A stretch of DNA of 64,000 nucleotides from a bacterium (lineage in GTDB: Bacteria > Zhuqueibacterota > Zhuqueibacteria > Residuimicrobiales > Krinioviventaceae): positions 2,240,001-2,304,000 of the forward strand of contig CAXXMD010000002.1 in assembly GCA_963675755.2 (NCBI GenBank), in the 5' to 3' direction. Of this stretch, positions 21,101 to 31,845 are shown one piece after another. Numbering within the stretch: position 1 is the first letter of the stretch; each line of letters begins with the position of its first letter. The notes beneath the pieces are model-generated. The model was not told where the DNA came from. It made no database searches and saw only the letters and a list, made by a program, of their open reading frames with translations. Made by a program: the position numbers and the translations under genes.

Positions 21101-24100
21101 GTGCAATCCGTCACTGAAACGGCGTCCCGGCATTAAACGACCGGTAAACTGGTCAACAATCATAACCGCTTTATTTCCACGTTTTGCACCGGTACGTCTT
21201 AATTCATTATCTTCCACAGCCTTGACCACATATTCAACATCGTTATGATAAAGGGTATATGCACGCAGCAACTGGGATATATTTTGAACGCGTTCTTCCA
21301 CGCGGTTATAATCCTGCCAGATCTTGTCACGCTGCTGTTCCAGCATTACACGTGGACGTCTCTCAAAATGGATGCGGAACCAGTGTTCAATCTCTTCATT
21401 ACGCATAACAAAATTCGGCATATGGGCATTAGACAGCAATTCTGTCATCTCGCGATCATCCAAAACAACATGGCGTGAACGCAAATGCGCTTTTTCTTTA
21501 GGAAGCAGTCCCTGAAGCTCTGCCCGACTGCCGGCTTTTTTAGTGCTCAACTGCATAATCTCATCGCGAAAACTCTGATACTCATCCCGGTAATTGAAAT
21601 AAGGCAATCCGCCAATCAACAATGTACGGGCGGCTTTTTCAATACCCTTGGGCATTTTGTTTTCATCCAAAACAAATAGAGCATCAATATCTACATTCGG
21701 GTCACTGGCAGCTTCTTTTAATTTATCCACAACCTGACTACGTTCAAAAAACAGTCCTTGTAGATTCTTGCGGCCGTTTTCGGTTAATCCTGAAATATTA
21801 ACAGTCGTCAATACCGGGTCTTCGGGATGCAGGGTACCACTAAACTGGAAATACCTGCGAAGCCAGCGTTGACGTTCTGTAAGGGTTTGATCCGTATCTG
21901 CCAGGTTTGTAAAGATCATCTGTATTGTATTATTGAGGCGTTCTACCTCTTCAAACCGACGAGAAGCACTGATTATCTCTGCGGGCAAGTTGAATTTTTC
22001 CTGTAGATGTGCATCCAGCTTTAACTTGTTTGACAGTTCATTTTTACCGGTGTCACGGCTCCAGGATTTAATTTCTTTATCTACATCGGCAAAGCTCGCG
22101 CCCATCAGGCGTTCCAATTCAGCGTCTGCTAATCCGGATACACGTCCATCCGCGTCAGTTTTAAAAATAGCCTCAGGTTTATCTTTATAATCACCCAGGT
22201 TTTTTTCAAAATGTCGTATTACGGCTTTACTTTCACTGCTGAAATTAGAAAGACATTCAACACCCAAAGCGGTAATGTCAAACCTGCTGGTTTCCATAAC
22301 ATAAAAATCATTGTTTGCAGGGTCTTCAAGTGTTTGAATATGTTCATACAGTGATGTTACATCTTTATCCATATCTTCTACAGCAAGAACATGAGCAGAA
22401 TAATCATAATCTGCCTGGTTTAGGGTATCATCCAACTGTTTTTGGATCTGCTGGTCACGTTCTTCAACCAGGGTTCTGTCAGGCAGTACATACAGATCAG
22501 GATTACCGCCAAGCAGAGCAATACGGCCTTTTTCTGTTATCTGATTTAAAACAGCACCATTGTCTTTAAACTCGAAATATTCCTGTTTAATGTTTTCAAT
22601 AGTGGTCACATCCTGTGTTGTTGCTGGATTTAAAAGTGCAATCAATCCATTAACAGTAGGCAGTAGCATAGGATCACCAGATTTTTGCATTGCCAATACC
22701 GCCAGCTTGCCTTCTTCCGTCAAACCGGTGATTGCGCCAAACTGTTTTTCTGTTTCAAAAAAAACATCGGTCAATTCTCTTCTTCTGTCAACAAGCGGAC
22801 GTTTCATAACCGGCTCAGCATCTACGTCTGCTTCTTCACGTACCATATCTAAAAGCTTTACAAAGGCGTCTACAATGGATTCGTCATACTTTCCGTTTGC
22901 ATTTGATTTCAGATAATCAATACCTGCCGGGGCCATACTATTCACAGCCCGATCCATCTTTTTTGTCATATCGTAAAATTGACGCCAGGCAGAGGCCTTG
23001 TCGCCTTTATTGTTTTGCAAACGTGTATTAACTTCTTCAGGCAAATCGTTCAATTGAAGAGCAAGCTGTTCAATGGGTTCAAACTCAGACTCGGCAACTC
23101 CGGATTGTATACCAATAAGGGCAGCTTTACCCGCAAGGGTCAGGCCATTACAGGTGCCTGTAATGGAATCATGTGTAAAATAGATGGAGCGGTTCTTTTG
23201 CTCACTGAGCTTTTCAAGCGTTGCGCTCAATTCATCCAGCTTTTGAATTTTATGTACAATATCCTGATCACGACCACCCGAGAGGAATATACGTCCCTTT
23301 TCGGTAATGTCTATAACATGGCTTTTTTCGTCAATGGTAAAATACAAATCGGCATCAATTTCACCCATTTGCTTATTAACTTCATATTGGCCCTGAATTC
23401 GCTCAATCAATTTCTTGACCCAGAATTCCGAAGTCAACAGTTCAAGCAGTTCCTTGTTTTTAGGATCTCCACGATGTACCTGAAGGATCTTGATACCTGC
23501 CTGCTCTTCTTCATTCTCGAGCAATTCTTTGCCTTCCCGCAACAGTTGCTGTACCAGTTCGTTTTGTCGTTTTGCCAGGTTCTCTACAGTGGGTTTTAAT
23601 TCTTTGTAAATATTCTTGGGTGCGCCAACAGCTCCCGAGATAATAAGCGGGGTTCTGGCTTCATCAATTAAAACACTGTCCACCTCATCCACAATTGCGT
23701 AATGTAATGGACGCTGAACAACAGACCAGACATCCTGAGCCATATTATCACGCAAATAATCAAAACCAAACTCGTTGTTGGTACCATACGTAATATCGGC
23801 ATGATATGCCGCGCGGCGTTCTTCAGGAGATTGATCTCCAAAAATTGCGGCTACGGTTAATCCCAAAAATTTGTAAATCTCGCCCATCCATTCACAGTCA
23901 CGTTGGGCCAGATAATCATTAACAGTGATAAGATGCACACCCTTGCCTTCTAACGCATTCAGATACAAAGGCATAGAGGCTACAAGGGTTTTACCTTCAC
24001 CCGTTGCCATTTCTGCTATTTTTCCTGAATGCAGAATCATACCACCCAATATCTGCACGTCATAAGGGATCATGTCCCATTCTATCTCCTGCCCTCGTAC

Positions 24101-24364
24101 AATCCATTTTTTACCACGCAGCCGTCTACATGTATCCTTGACAACAGCAAAGGCCTCGGGCAAAATATCATCAAGAGTTTCCCCCATACGTAATCTATAT
24201 TTAAATTCGTTGGTTTTCGCTTTTAACTCATCATCAGACAAATGCTCATATTCTTTAGCATATTCATTCACCGTACCAACTAGTGGTTCTAGCCGTTTAA
24301 CTTCACGTTCGGTGCTTGTGCCTCCCATAACCTTGGAAAGCATTTTTTCAATAGACTTTAACAT
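18134..24364 (-). CDS. secA: Preprotein translocase ATPase SecA, giant form (2076 aa) with repeat-expanded PPXD and helical wing
   Basis: [126 protein letters not shown]. Confidence 0.97.
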   Translation of the reverse strand: MLKSIEKMLSKVMGGTSTEREVKRLEPLVGTVNEYAKEYEHLSDDELKAKTNEFKYRLRMGETLDDILPEAFAVVKDTCRRLRGKKWIVRGQEIEWDMIPYDVQILGGMILHSGKIAEMATGEGKTLVASMPLYLNALEGKGVHLITVNDYLAQRDCEWMGEIYKFLGLTVAAIFGDQSPEERRAAYHADITYGTNNEFGFDYLRDNMAQDVWSVVQRPLHYAIVDEVDSVLIDEARTPLIISGAVGAPKNIYKELKPTVENLAKRQNELVQQLLREGKELLENEEEQAGIKILQVHRGDPKNKELLELLTSEFWVKKLIERIQGQYEVNKQMGEIDADLYFTIDEKSHVIDITEKGRIFLSGGRDQDIVHKIQKLDELSATLEKLSEQKNRSIYFTHDSITGTCNGLTLAGKAALIGIQSGVAESEFEPIEQLALQLNDLPEEVNTRLQNNKGDKASAWRQFYDMTKKMDRAVNSMAPAGIDYLKSNANGKYDESIVDAFVKLLDMVREEADVDAEPVMKRPLVDRRRELTDVFFETEKQFGAITGLTEEGKLAVLAMQKSGDPMLLPTVNGLIALLNPATTQDVTTIENIKQEYFEFKDNGAVLNQITEKGRIALLGGNPDLYVLPDRTLVEERDQQIQKQLDDTLNQADYDYSAHVLAVEDMDKDVTSLYEHIQTLEDPANNDFYVMETSRFDITALGVECLSNFSSESKAVIRHFEKNLGDYKDKPEAIFKTDADGRVSGLADAELERLMGASFADVDKEIKSWSRDTGKNELSNKLKLDAHLQEKFNLPAEIISASRRFEEVERLNNTIQMIFTNLADTDQTLTERQRWLRRYFQFSGTLHPEDPVLTTVNISGLTENGRKNLQGLFFERSQVVDKLKEAASDPNVDIDALFVLDENKMPKGIEKAARTLLIGGLPYFNYRDEYQSFRDEIMQLSTKKAGSRAELQGLLPKEKAHLRSRHVVLDDREMTELLSNAHMPNFVMRNEEIEHWFRIHFERRPRVMLEQQRDKIWQDYNRVEERVQNISQLLRAYTLYHNDVEYVVKAVEDNELRRTGAKRGNKAVMIVDQFTGRLMPGRRFSDGLHEALEAKEGVEVQAESQTLATITLQNFFRLYNKLAGMTGTAETEAQEFYSTYKLDVIVAPTNRPVIRDDMNDVIYRTKAEKYDAIIKDTIEYHEKGLPVLIGTVSVDVSQHLSNLFTQRGIPVANWLKKGDVTKELESGRFHTVLNAKYHKNEAEIVAKAGLPGSITIATNMAGRGTDIKLTRDVIEKGGLQIIGSEKHEARRIDRQLRGRAGRQGDPGSSRFYLSLEDDLMRLFGSDRITNIMSRLGSMDEGERIEHSMITKSIERAQKKVEERNFEIRKHLLDYDDVLNEQRKIIYKRRQNLLGFAQPEDFVEAKIKRFIDEEDDRSTWKLDELFENLKRYFGAEPDFTKSELESQDVSGVRETLRTWVDEKLKEQRHLYQMQERHRITGYCNIQDIIDELVLLKIRLHNAGTRDISKWNIEGIGYEMERIFEQKPDWLENSNIDTADAFESKLKEWAASVYNSQVENGQKAIDLILFKTIPLNTFLEIYVNGLVNRHLPIDAPAATWNSENFLSDLEKIFMQRPPIGENEMRTIRREKVIEKVQEWLDGLAITAKDEMLYRNRILGYFSSVQYINAIVEHSFIQASAYHSRDVLELEGKQAEFLQGVFGKAFEPAEALKDWPDLVNQTMRWARNTYLEHLRENISVYNQLLLANTSIEELIESSIIARFENVIKENKDAESTQQLLASSFQNMFMGKPDKILPASRERETLNSYREELVAWGLSFYKTYADRVERYHQERLSTDIVFDSVLTMIDDTIYQMISGVLGNNDDLDATQIRRLESECRLVFRQSPRLHDESGEAMDPNTVMNILSSWAQSIYRRRVDEIGESMVARYERYYILEKIDENWRQHLSGVDELREGIGLRGYGQKDPLIEYKSEAYKMFVKMIDSTNRDIVSTLFRVLDVGGELEEREMRRAEPQKVSTSHSQVELFKQVMAPPKGKAQAQPTPGRPAGKQRQVINTNKVGRNEPCPCGSGKKYKNCCGKGN

Positions 24365-24530
24365 TTACAAAATCCTCGTTTATCAAATCTATAATAATTA
24401 TACCGGCAATACTTATATGTATACAAACTACACAAGTTTCAAATTTAATGGATTTTAGGCTAAAAATCCAGCAAATAAATCACGCCGGCATTATTAAAAT
24501 TGGCTGTTATCAAATTAGAGCATGGTGGGG

Positions 24531-25052
24531 TTAAGCGGGCAAATCCTGTTTATCCAGGCATCCTCTACCGGTTTTTTGTATTTGATTGTTCTTTTTCAAA
24601 CTTTCATAAACAGCATCCAAAATCCCGTTAATAAAACCACCGCTCTTGTCCGTACTATACAGCTTGGATAATTCGATAGCCTCATCAATGGAAACTTTGG
24701 GTGGTATATCATTAAAATTCATAAACTCACATATCGCAATACGCATAATAATGCGATCAATAATTGCAATACGTTCAAACTTCCAATTGGTGGAATGGTC
24801 CCGAATATTTTGATCCAGAACTTCCCGTTGGTCATATGTTTGGCGAATCAATTGTTTGGTAAACTGGGTAATTGTATTATCTACAACATCCTTACCCAAA
24901 ACCAGAGTCAAAACCTGCAGAACAGAATTGCCAGAGAGTTCCAGGGCATATAAACCCTGTAAAGCTGTCTCTCTGGCTTTTCTACGACTTGCGGGGGGTG
25001 AAATTAATTCAATTTCATCATTATTTTCAATAAACATGGTATAAAAGAACAC
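24531..25052 (-). CDS. nusB: Transcription antitermination factor NusB
   Basis: RRKARETALQGLY, DRIIMR, PPKVSIDEAIELSKLYS, FINGILD. Confidence 0.95.
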   Translation of the reverse strand: MFFYTMFIENNDEIELISPPASRRKARETALQGLYALELSGNSVLQVLTLVLGKDVVDNTITQFTKQLIRQTYDQREVLDQNIRDHSTNWKFERIAIIDRIIMRIAICEFMNFNDIPPKVSIDEAIELSKLYSTDKSGGFINGILDAVYESLKKNNQIQKTGRGCLDKQDLPA

Positions 25053-25053
25053 C

Positions 25054-25983
25054 TTATAAAGTTATAAAATCATGCCAATTGTAAATATCATCACACTCGC
25101 CGTTGATATATTCAAAATAGCGTTTCTGTATCTTTTCTGTAATTTCGCCCCTGCTACCACTGCCAATAGGAATTCTATCAACAGAACGAACCGGGGTAAT
25201 TTCTGCCGCAGTACCTGAAAAGAATATTTCATCTGCCAGGTACAGCATTTCGCGAGGTATTTTAGTTTCCACTACAGGAAGATCCATTTCTTTAGCAATG
25301 GTAAACACACAATCACGTGTTATACCCAATAAAATACTGGAATGTATTGCCGGCGTATATATCACACCATCACGTATCACATAGATATTCTCTCCGCTGC
25401 CCTCACTGACATAACCCTGAACATCAAGCCCAATACCTTCAGAAAAACCATTCTGGGTTGCTTCGGTTTTGATCAGTTGAGAGTTCATATAGTTAGAGCC
25501 TGCTTTGGCCATAGAAGGCATTGTATTGGGTGCCAGTCGGTTCCAGCTCGCAACACCAACATCCACACCGTTAACAATTGCCTCTTCACCCAGATAACGT
25601 CCCCAATTCAGACCGCCAATTATCACTTCTACCGGGCATTTGGAAGCATCCACACCCAGACTATGATACCCACGGTAAACAAGCGGACGTACATAAGCTG
25701 ATTCAAATTTATTTACTTTGATTGTTTCTTTACATGCCTCTACAATTTCTTCCTGTGAAAAGGGAATAGGCATACGATATATTTTAGCAGAATCAAACAA
25801 TCGTCTGATATGCTCTTTTAATCTAAAAATACTGGGACCGTTTGGTGTTTTGTAACAACGCATGCCTTCAAAAACACTGGTTCCATAATGCAGAACATGA
25901 GACATGACATGGACATTTGCATCTTTCCACGCTACAAACTCACCATTCATCCATATTTTGCCCTGTTCATCTCTGGGATCCAT
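25054..25983 (-). CDS. ilvE: Branched-chain amino acid aminotransferase
   Basis: HVLHYGTSVFEG, AKAGSNY (PLP Lys), EGSGEN, GITR, GTAAEITP. Confidence 0.95.
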   Translation of the reverse strand: MDPRDEQGKIWMNGEFVAWKDANVHVMSHVLHYGTSVFEGMRCYKTPNGPSIFRLKEHIRRLFDSAKIYRMPIPFSQEEIVEACKETIKVNKFESAYVRPLVYRGYHSLGVDASKCPVEVIIGGLNWGRYLGEEAIVNGVDVGVASWNRLAPNTMPSMAKAGSNYMNSQLIKTEATQNGFSEGIGLDVQGYVSEGSGENIYVIRDGVIYTPAIHSSILLGITRDCVFTIAKEMDLPVVETKIPREMLYLADEIFFSGTAAEITPVRSVDRIPIGSGSRGEITEKIQKRYFEYINGECDDIYNWHDFITL

Positions 25984-26001
25984 AATACCCTCCTAAAAAA
26001 A

Positions 26002-27729
26002 TCATCTTAAATCTTTAGCTCTTAATTGTATGGTTTTTCGTCCCATATATTCATTTTCTTCAATAACATACGCCAGATCAAGATTTCCGTCACCGGGAGA
26101 TACTCTATAAAACAGATCACCCATATTAAATCCTATTACATCTAAAACCTTGCCGTTCTGACGGACCCTGAATTTCAGGTGGTTTCGACCAACAATCAGG
26201 GGACTACCGACTACCTGCAACTGCCGTGAAACGAATATAGGACGCATATTATGTGGTCCAAATGGAGCAAATTTTTTCAACATATTTACAAAACTATCAT
26301 CAATTTGGTCCAAAGTCAACTCTGCATCTATAGACAATTTGGGAATAAGTAATTCTTCAGTAATTTTATTTCTTGCAATTTCCTCAAATCGGTCAATAAA
26401 TACTTTTAAATTTTCTTCTTTGATTGATAAACCGGCAGCATATTTATGTCCGCCATAACCAATCAATAAATCCTCGCATTCCTGCAAAGACTCGTACAGA
26501 TCAAAGCCCTGAATACTTCGGGCAGATGCTTTACCCACACCTTCTTCAATAGATATCAATATGGTTGGGCGATAATATTTTTCAACAATTCTTGAAGCAA
26601 CTATACCAATAACGCCGGTATGCCAATTCTGCTTATGCAATACAAGCGAATGGGTTTTTCCATTTTGAAAAAGCTTGTCTGCCTGAAACAATGCTTCGTT
26701 AAAGGTCTCCTCATCCACAGTTTTACGATGCCGGTTTTCAGACTCTATGACCTGGGCAATCTGGGTTGCCTCATTTTCATCAACTGTAGTCAACAGTTTT
26801 ACCGCACGTTCAGCATCACCCATTCTGCCAACGGCGTTTAAACGGGGAGCAATAATAAATACAATCTGACCAGTCCCAATATCCTTGCCCAGTAAACCGG
26901 CAGCCTGAATGAGTGTACGAAGTCCTACATTTTCGCTTTCATTCAACTTTTCCAGACCAATCTTGACAAAAATACGATTTTCATCAATCAACGGAACAAT
27001 ATCCGCAGCGGTACCAATGGCTACCAGCTCAATATATTGCTCAAGAATAGACATGTCGATTTCCATGCGCATCAACAAACCCTGAGCAACCTTGTAAGCA
27101 ACACCTACACCTGCAAGTTCTTTAAAGGGATATGTAGAATCACTCCGCTTGGGATCAATCACAGCAACCGCGTTAGGCAAATCTGCCCCCGGTTCATGGT
27201 GATCCGTAACAATTACATCAATACTGTGTGTCTGAGCGGCATCGATCTGTTCATGTCCGGTAATACCGCAGTCTACTGTTACAATCAGGTTAACACCCAG
27301 TTCAAGCGCAAACTGGATACCTTTTTCAGACAATCCATATCCTTCAATTTGACGGTCAGGGATATAATAATGTACATCTGCCCCCAGCTCTTCAAGCAAT
27401 AAATAGAGAAATGATACAGAAGTAATACCGTCTACATCATAATCCCCATAAATCAAAATCCTTTCGTTGCTTAAAATGGCACGACGTAATCTTTCAACCC
27501 CCAAATGCATATCATTCAACAAAAACGGATCGTACAACTGGTCCAAAGTCGATTGAAAAAACTTTTTCGCGCTTTCAATTGTATGCACACCACGTCGAAT
27601 TAAAATTTGGGCAATGATTGCAGGCAGCTCGGTCTTTGCGGCCAAATCATAAACAAGCTCCCTGTTTTCATCTTCCAAAACAATCCATTTTAGGTCCATA
27701 AACAAGCTCCGGGATTTATCAAATATCAT
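26002..27729 (-). CDS. recJ: Single-stranded DNA exonuclease RecJ
   Basis: YGDYDVDG, TVDCG, TDHH, PRLNAVGR, GGHKYAAG, PFG. Confidence 0.96.
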   Translation of the reverse strand: MIFDKSRSLFMDLKWIVLEDENRELVYDLAAKTELPAIIAQILIRRGVHTIESAKKFFQSTLDQLYDPFLLNDMHLGVERLRRAILSNERILIYGDYDVDGITSVSFLYLLLEELGADVHYYIPDRQIEGYGLSEKGIQFALELGVNLIVTVDCGITGHEQIDAAQTHSIDVIVTDHHEPGADLPNAVAVIDPKRSDSTYPFKELAGVGVAYKVAQGLLMRMEIDMSILEQYIELVAIGTAADIVPLIDENRIFVKIGLEKLNESENVGLRTLIQAAGLLGKDIGTGQIVFIIAPRLNAVGRMGDAERAVKLLTTVDENEATQIAQVIESENRHRKTVDEETFNEALFQADKLFQNGKTHSLVLHKQNWHTGVIGIVASRIVEKYYRPTILISIEEGVGKASARSIQGFDLYESLQECEDLLIGYGGHKYAAGLSIKEENLKVFIDRFEEIARNKITEELLIPKLSIDAELTLDQIDDSFVNMLKKFAPFGPHNMRPIFVSRQLQVVGSPLIVGRNHLKFRVRQNGKVLDVIGFNMGDLFYRVSPGDGNLDLAYVIEENEYMGRKTIQLRAKDLR

Positions 27730-27750
27730 TCATATACAAATCATATAATA

Positions 27751-28100
27751 CAAAGCAGGTCATAAGCCGAATTCTGTTATCCGCAAATGCGGATCGATGA
27801 TCATTTATCTGGGATGGCGATTGCCCGCCACCTCAAGCGACCTACCCGAGAGTCAAACGAGACGGGCCGCCTCTTCTCTCCTATTTGGTCTTGCTCCGAA
27901 TGGGGTTTACCCTGCCCCCGATGTCACCACCGGGGCGGTGAGCTCTTACCTCGCCATTTCACCTTTGCCCCAAAGGGCTGTATATTTTCTGTGGCACTTT
28001 CCCTGCTTCACAACAGGTCCGCGTTACGGACCATTCTGCCCTGTGGAGTTCGGACTTTCCTCATGCGCCAGAGGCGCACGCGATCATCTGCCCTGCTTTG
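27751..28100 (-). ncRNA. rnpB: RNase P RNA, bacterial class A
   Basis: Minus strand has GAGGAAAGTCCGAACTCC, GGAAAGTGCCACAGAAA, GGTAAACCCC, GAGCAA and ACAGAATTCGGCTTA; ends pair as P1 (CAAAGCAGG/CCTGCTTTG). Confidence 0.97.
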
Positions 28101-28153
28101 TATATTAAAATAACAAATTACACCAATTTTCAAAGCATATAATTAGCTATTTT

Positions 28154-28903
28154 CTAATTATTTACAGATTGCTCTTCAGCTTCAGGTTTCTTGTTCTTTT
28201 CTATATCCCACACCATGATCCTGCCACAGACTTCACAATAGTACAAAGTATCCATCAACCGGATCTCTAAACCTCGCTGCGGCGGTATGCGGGAAGAACA
28301 CTCTCTGCATGCACCATCTTCCAGATATGCTAATGCTCTGCCGCCTCGGTTCACCCGGATACGGTCATAGGTATTCAACAAGGGTCTTGAAATTCCTTTT
28401 GCTAAATCATCCCGCTCAACCAATAATACGTCTTCTTCTTCTTTGGTTTTTTCCAACATCACTTCAAGGTTCTTTTGTTTATCTACAAACTGTGCTTCCT
28501 GTTCCTCAAGTTTTTGGGTGGTTTCAGTAATTCTCTCACCCAAAGTGGTCAATGCTTCATCAAGTTCCAATACTTCATATTCATGTTCTTCAATATTTTT
28601 TTCACAATTTTCAATTTCTAATGTCATTGCATCATATTCTTTATTGTTTTTCACCTGATATAATTGATCCTGATATTTTTTCAATTTTCCATTAAGCAGC
28701 TCAACTTCACCCTCAATCTGATGTTTGCGGGTTTCTTTTTCTTTTTTATCAATATTCAATTGTTCCAGTAAAAGACGTATGCCTTCTATCTCATTTTTCA
28801 ATTCATTTACTTTTTGAGGTAAATCTCCTCTTGCTTCCTCCAATGTCTGCAATTTTATATCTACTACCTGCAGTGCCATTAATTTTTCCAGGATTTTACG
28901 CAA
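28154..28903 (-). CDS. Coiled-coil protein with C4 zinc ribbon (DUF164/zf-RING_7 family)
   Basis: Long coiled coil with KNNKEYDA; CRECSSRIPPQ...CEVCGRI; usual rnpB neighbour. Confidence 0.9.
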   Translation of the reverse strand: MRKILEKLMALQVVDIKLQTLEEARGDLPQKVNELKNEIEGIRLLLEQLNIDKKEKETRKHQIEGEVELLNGKLKKYQDQLYQVKNNKEYDAMTLEIENCEKNIEEHEYEVLELDEALTTLGERITETTQKLEEQEAQFVDKQKNLEVMLEKTKEEEDVLLVERDDLAKGISRPLLNTYDRIRVNRGGRALAYLEDGACRECSSRIPPQRGLEIRLMDTLYYCEVCGRIMVWDIEKNKKPEAEEQSVNN

Positions 28904-28952
28904 TTTTAATTCTCCTTTTCACGATTATCATATGTTTGTTACGGGCCATAAC

Positions 28953-28988
28953 AAAAAAAAAGTGCACCCAGAATCTGGATGCACTTTT
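28953..28988 (-). terminator. Rho-independent terminator
   Basis: AAAAGTGCA-CCAGA-A-TCTGG-TGCACTTTT stem with T9 on the minus strand. Confidence 0.7.
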
Positions 28989-29160
28989 AATATATTGTCA
29001 ACTGTACAAGTTTTTTTATTTGACTAATGCGTTGATCACTCTCAAAATCTTTTATTATCATTTTCCTATCCAAAGAACCTCATAAAACATTTTATGCATT
29101 AAAGTAAAATAAAGATAAATTTTAAAAGAATCAAGAAAAAATCTCACCAGTATCAATTAT

Positions 29161-30297
29161 TTACCATAATTGATACTGACCATCTTTGATTATAACTTCT
29201 TTCTTGTTCTGAGAATACTCATAATCAACATGCGTAACGCGTACACGAGGTTGTGTCTCTGGAAGATATATACGGTCAATATGCACAACAGCTTCTGGTG
29301 AACTGAATTGTTCCGGACCTATGATACCTCCAAAATGATCACTACGACCAAAGGCAATATGGAAACCCAACTTTTCATCCAGCAAAACCTGCCCTATGGG
29401 ATGAATGTCAAAATCCGCAATAATCCCGAATCCAAGTTCTGCAACGTTTGCATAGGCTGGTTCTGATCTTACATAATCCCATTCCTGCATGCTTTTGGGC
29501 CCATCTGACAACACTTTGGTTATCTTGTTCTGCCGTATACGGTAAATCACAACTTCATCACCAAATTGTACCGGTAAATATCCCTGACTTTGACTGACTT
29601 TGCCCAAGCCTCCTTCATAAGGTACTATGTAGGTCTCGCCACTGGGCAAATTGCCTGCCGTTCCCCTTTCAGGAAACCGCCCACTACTGACGTGTGCTGT
29701 TCTTTGAAATAAATCAAAAGATACTTTGTACTTTTCATTATCATCAACAACAAATTCAGCATTTACCTTGTCAGCAAAATCAAGTTTTTGTTTTAACAAT
29801 TGTAAACGCTCATTCACAATATTAAAATCAATGCGTAATGCGGGAATCATATCTGAGGTAAATCCCGGCATAGTAGCAGCACGGAAATTGTACTGTTTTG
29901 CAGCAACTTTTAATGGTGCAGTTGCAGAATATTGTGTAAGCGCAATAAACAATTGCGTGTCTGAAAAATAACTGGTTAGATTTTTGGGTTCTCCAGACAG
30001 ATCAGAAGCCTTGTCTGGCAACATCTTTTCCAACCGATACACCTTTTCCGGTAAATCAGCATTGTTCGAACCAACATCCGGATACCCAACCAGATCAACA
30101 GCTTCTACCCCAAGCTTGTCCAAATTCTTAGACAGTAAGGAATACCAGTCAAAAGCAATTTTCCTTCTGTCTTTCCATGCCGGGTTGTCTTGCCCGGATT
30201 TGGGAATATCTACCAATATTACTAATTTCTTATCCCCCTCTAACCTCGGAAAACAAAAGTTCAATAATTGAACCAGTTCCAAACCTGATAACTTCAT
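29161..30297 (-). CDS. Aminopeptidase, M29 (thermophilic metalloprotease)-like
   Basis: NLPSGE, AELGFG, LLDEK-HIAFG, VHID. Confidence 0.75.
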   Translation of the reverse strand: MKLSGLELVQLLNFCFPRLEGDKKLVILVDIPKSGQDNPAWKDRRKIAFDWYSLLSKNLDKLGVEAVDLVGYPDVGSNNADLPEKVYRLEKMLPDKASDLSGEPKNLTSYFSDTQLFIALTQYSATAPLKVAAKQYNFRAATMPGFTSDMIPALRIDFNIVNERLQLLKQKLDFADKVNAEFVVDDNEKYKVSFDLFQRTAHVSSGRFPERGTAGNLPSGETYIVPYEGGLGKVSQSQGYLPVQFGDEVVIYRIRQNKITKVLSDGPKSMQEWDYVRSEPAYANVAELGFGIIADFDIHPIGQVLLDEKLGFHIAFGRSDHFGGIIGPEQFSSPEAVVHIDRIYLPETQPRVRVTHVDYEYSQNKKEVIIKDGQYQLW

Positions 30298-30495
30298 AAA
30301 TTACGTCCTCTTACCCTTTTTTAAAGTTACCAAATTAATGAATATTATTCAAGTCTTAAGTAAGATAATTTAATATTTTTTATTATGATACAATTATCAG
30401 AAACGTGAAACACATGACACATTCTAACGTAAACTTTGCTTGCAGGGTAATAATTTTATATTAAATTATAATTGGAATAGAAAAAATGGTATCGA

Positions 30496-31824
30496 TTGAT
30501 GAATATACATACACAGGTTAAAGGGATTTTTGTTGGTCTTTTTTTCACATTGTTGATGAGTACAGTTAATCTCTATTCTCAATCAGCAAAACCTCCCAAG
30601 GCTCTTGTTATTGAAAAGATAGAAATTGAAGGAAATAACAAAACAAAGCCGCATGTAATTGAAAAATATATCACATTAACGCCCGGCAACGAGCTGGTTC
30701 CTTCTGAACTGCTTGAAAACACACTTTTATTACAACAAACAGAACTATTCAAAGATGTAGATATTTATACTAGGCCTGGTTCAGAAAAAGGCCTGGTAAT
30801 TGTTGTAATAGAAATTATCGAAAACAAGTGGGCAACTTATCGTTTTGAAGGCGGCCATGGCGATCTGAATGGCTGGTACCTCTCTCCAATTATTTTTAGA
30901 ATGGACAATTTTTTTGGGTATGGTAACTATTTCAGTTATACATGGAAACTGGGTAACCGTGTTACCGGTAACTATTTTGACATTAAAGAACCCAACCTTT
31001 TCAACTCGAAAGCTTATATTGGTTTTCAGTTTTTTGGGGAACATCAGGATTATTTGCACTATATAGATCACAAAGATACTACCGAAACCGTTTATTCAAA
31101 AGGTATTCGAATAAAGCTCGGTGCTAACACAGGAGTACTCAAACATACATTCCTGGGCTATCGCCTGGTAGGCTACAGGCCCAAAAAGGTAAAAGAACTT
31201 GAACCGTTATTACAAGAAGATTATGAAAACCGGGTTGTTGGTGCCTTGTCTACCGGGCTTATTACAGATACTCGTGATAATACAGCATTTCCTACAAATG
31301 GTATTTGGGGAGCCGTTACAGGTGAAGTTGCTTTAAAGTATTTAGGAAGCAATACCATTTTCCCTAAACTTTTATTTGATTTCAGAACGTATAAGCAATT
31401 TGCCAGTAAACCGGTTTATGCATTCCATATCAAAGGCGGCCTAATGGGAAACAAGGCCCCATACTATGAGCGTTTTTATCTGGGGGGCGCATCTTCCCTA
31501 AGAGGTTTTTCCTTTAGCCGCTTAACACCTCCGGGTTGGGGAACCAAACAGCTAATCATTCAGAATGAATTCCGGTTCCCAATTGGCACCCCGGAAACCG
31601 AATCTCCCGGCTACAAACATACCCTTGTTTTATTTTATGATGCCGGGGGTATATGGATGTCAGACCAGATACCTATCTTGTTTGATCTTTATCATACTAT
31701 TGGTGCAGGTTACCGTCTCAAGCTCCCGGTGATTGATATTTTACGATTTGATATTGCACATCCATTAAACAATATTGAAAACAATTTTCTCGAATTTCAT
31801 ATATCATTGGGACAAACTTTTTAA
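30496..31824 (+). CDS. Omp85/BamA-TamA family outer-membrane protein with one POTRA domain
   Basis: Signal peptide; IEIEGNNKTK POTRA; DTRDN..FPTNG; FYLGGASSLRGF; C-terminal GQTF. Confidence 0.9.
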   Translation: MMNIHTQVKGIFVGLFFTLLMSTVNLYSQSAKPPKALVIEKIEIEGNNKTKPHVIEKYITLTPGNELVPSELLENTLLLQQTELFKDVDIYTRPGSEKGLVIVVIEIIENKWATYRFEGGHGDLNGWYLSPIIFRMDNFFGYGNYFSYTWKLGNRVTGNYFDIKEPNLFNSKAYIGFQFFGEHQDYLHYIDHKDTTETVYSKGIRIKLGANTGVLKHTFLGYRLVGYRPKKVKELEPLLQEDYENRVVGALSTGLITDTRDNTAFPTNGIWGAVTGEVALKYLGSNTIFPKLLFDFRTYKQFASKPVYAFHIKGGLMGNKAPYYERFYLGGASSLRGFSFSRLTPPGWGTKQLIIQNEFRFPIGTPETESPGYKHTLVLFYDAGGIWMSDQIPILFDLYHTIGAGYRLKLPVIDILRFDIAHPLNNIENNFLEFHISLGQTF

Positions 31825-31845
31825 GAGATCAGAATTTTATATAAA

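Noticed and set aside
18600-23350. SecA insertions as inteins or introns
   Set aside because: No Cys/Ser...His-Asn splice junctions or LAGLIDADG/HNH motifs seen; the inserts resemble repeats of SecA's own subdomains and lie outside the conserved motor motifs.
27787-28113. Two plus-strand ORFs of about 105 aa
   Set aside because: They are antisense to the RNase P RNA gene.
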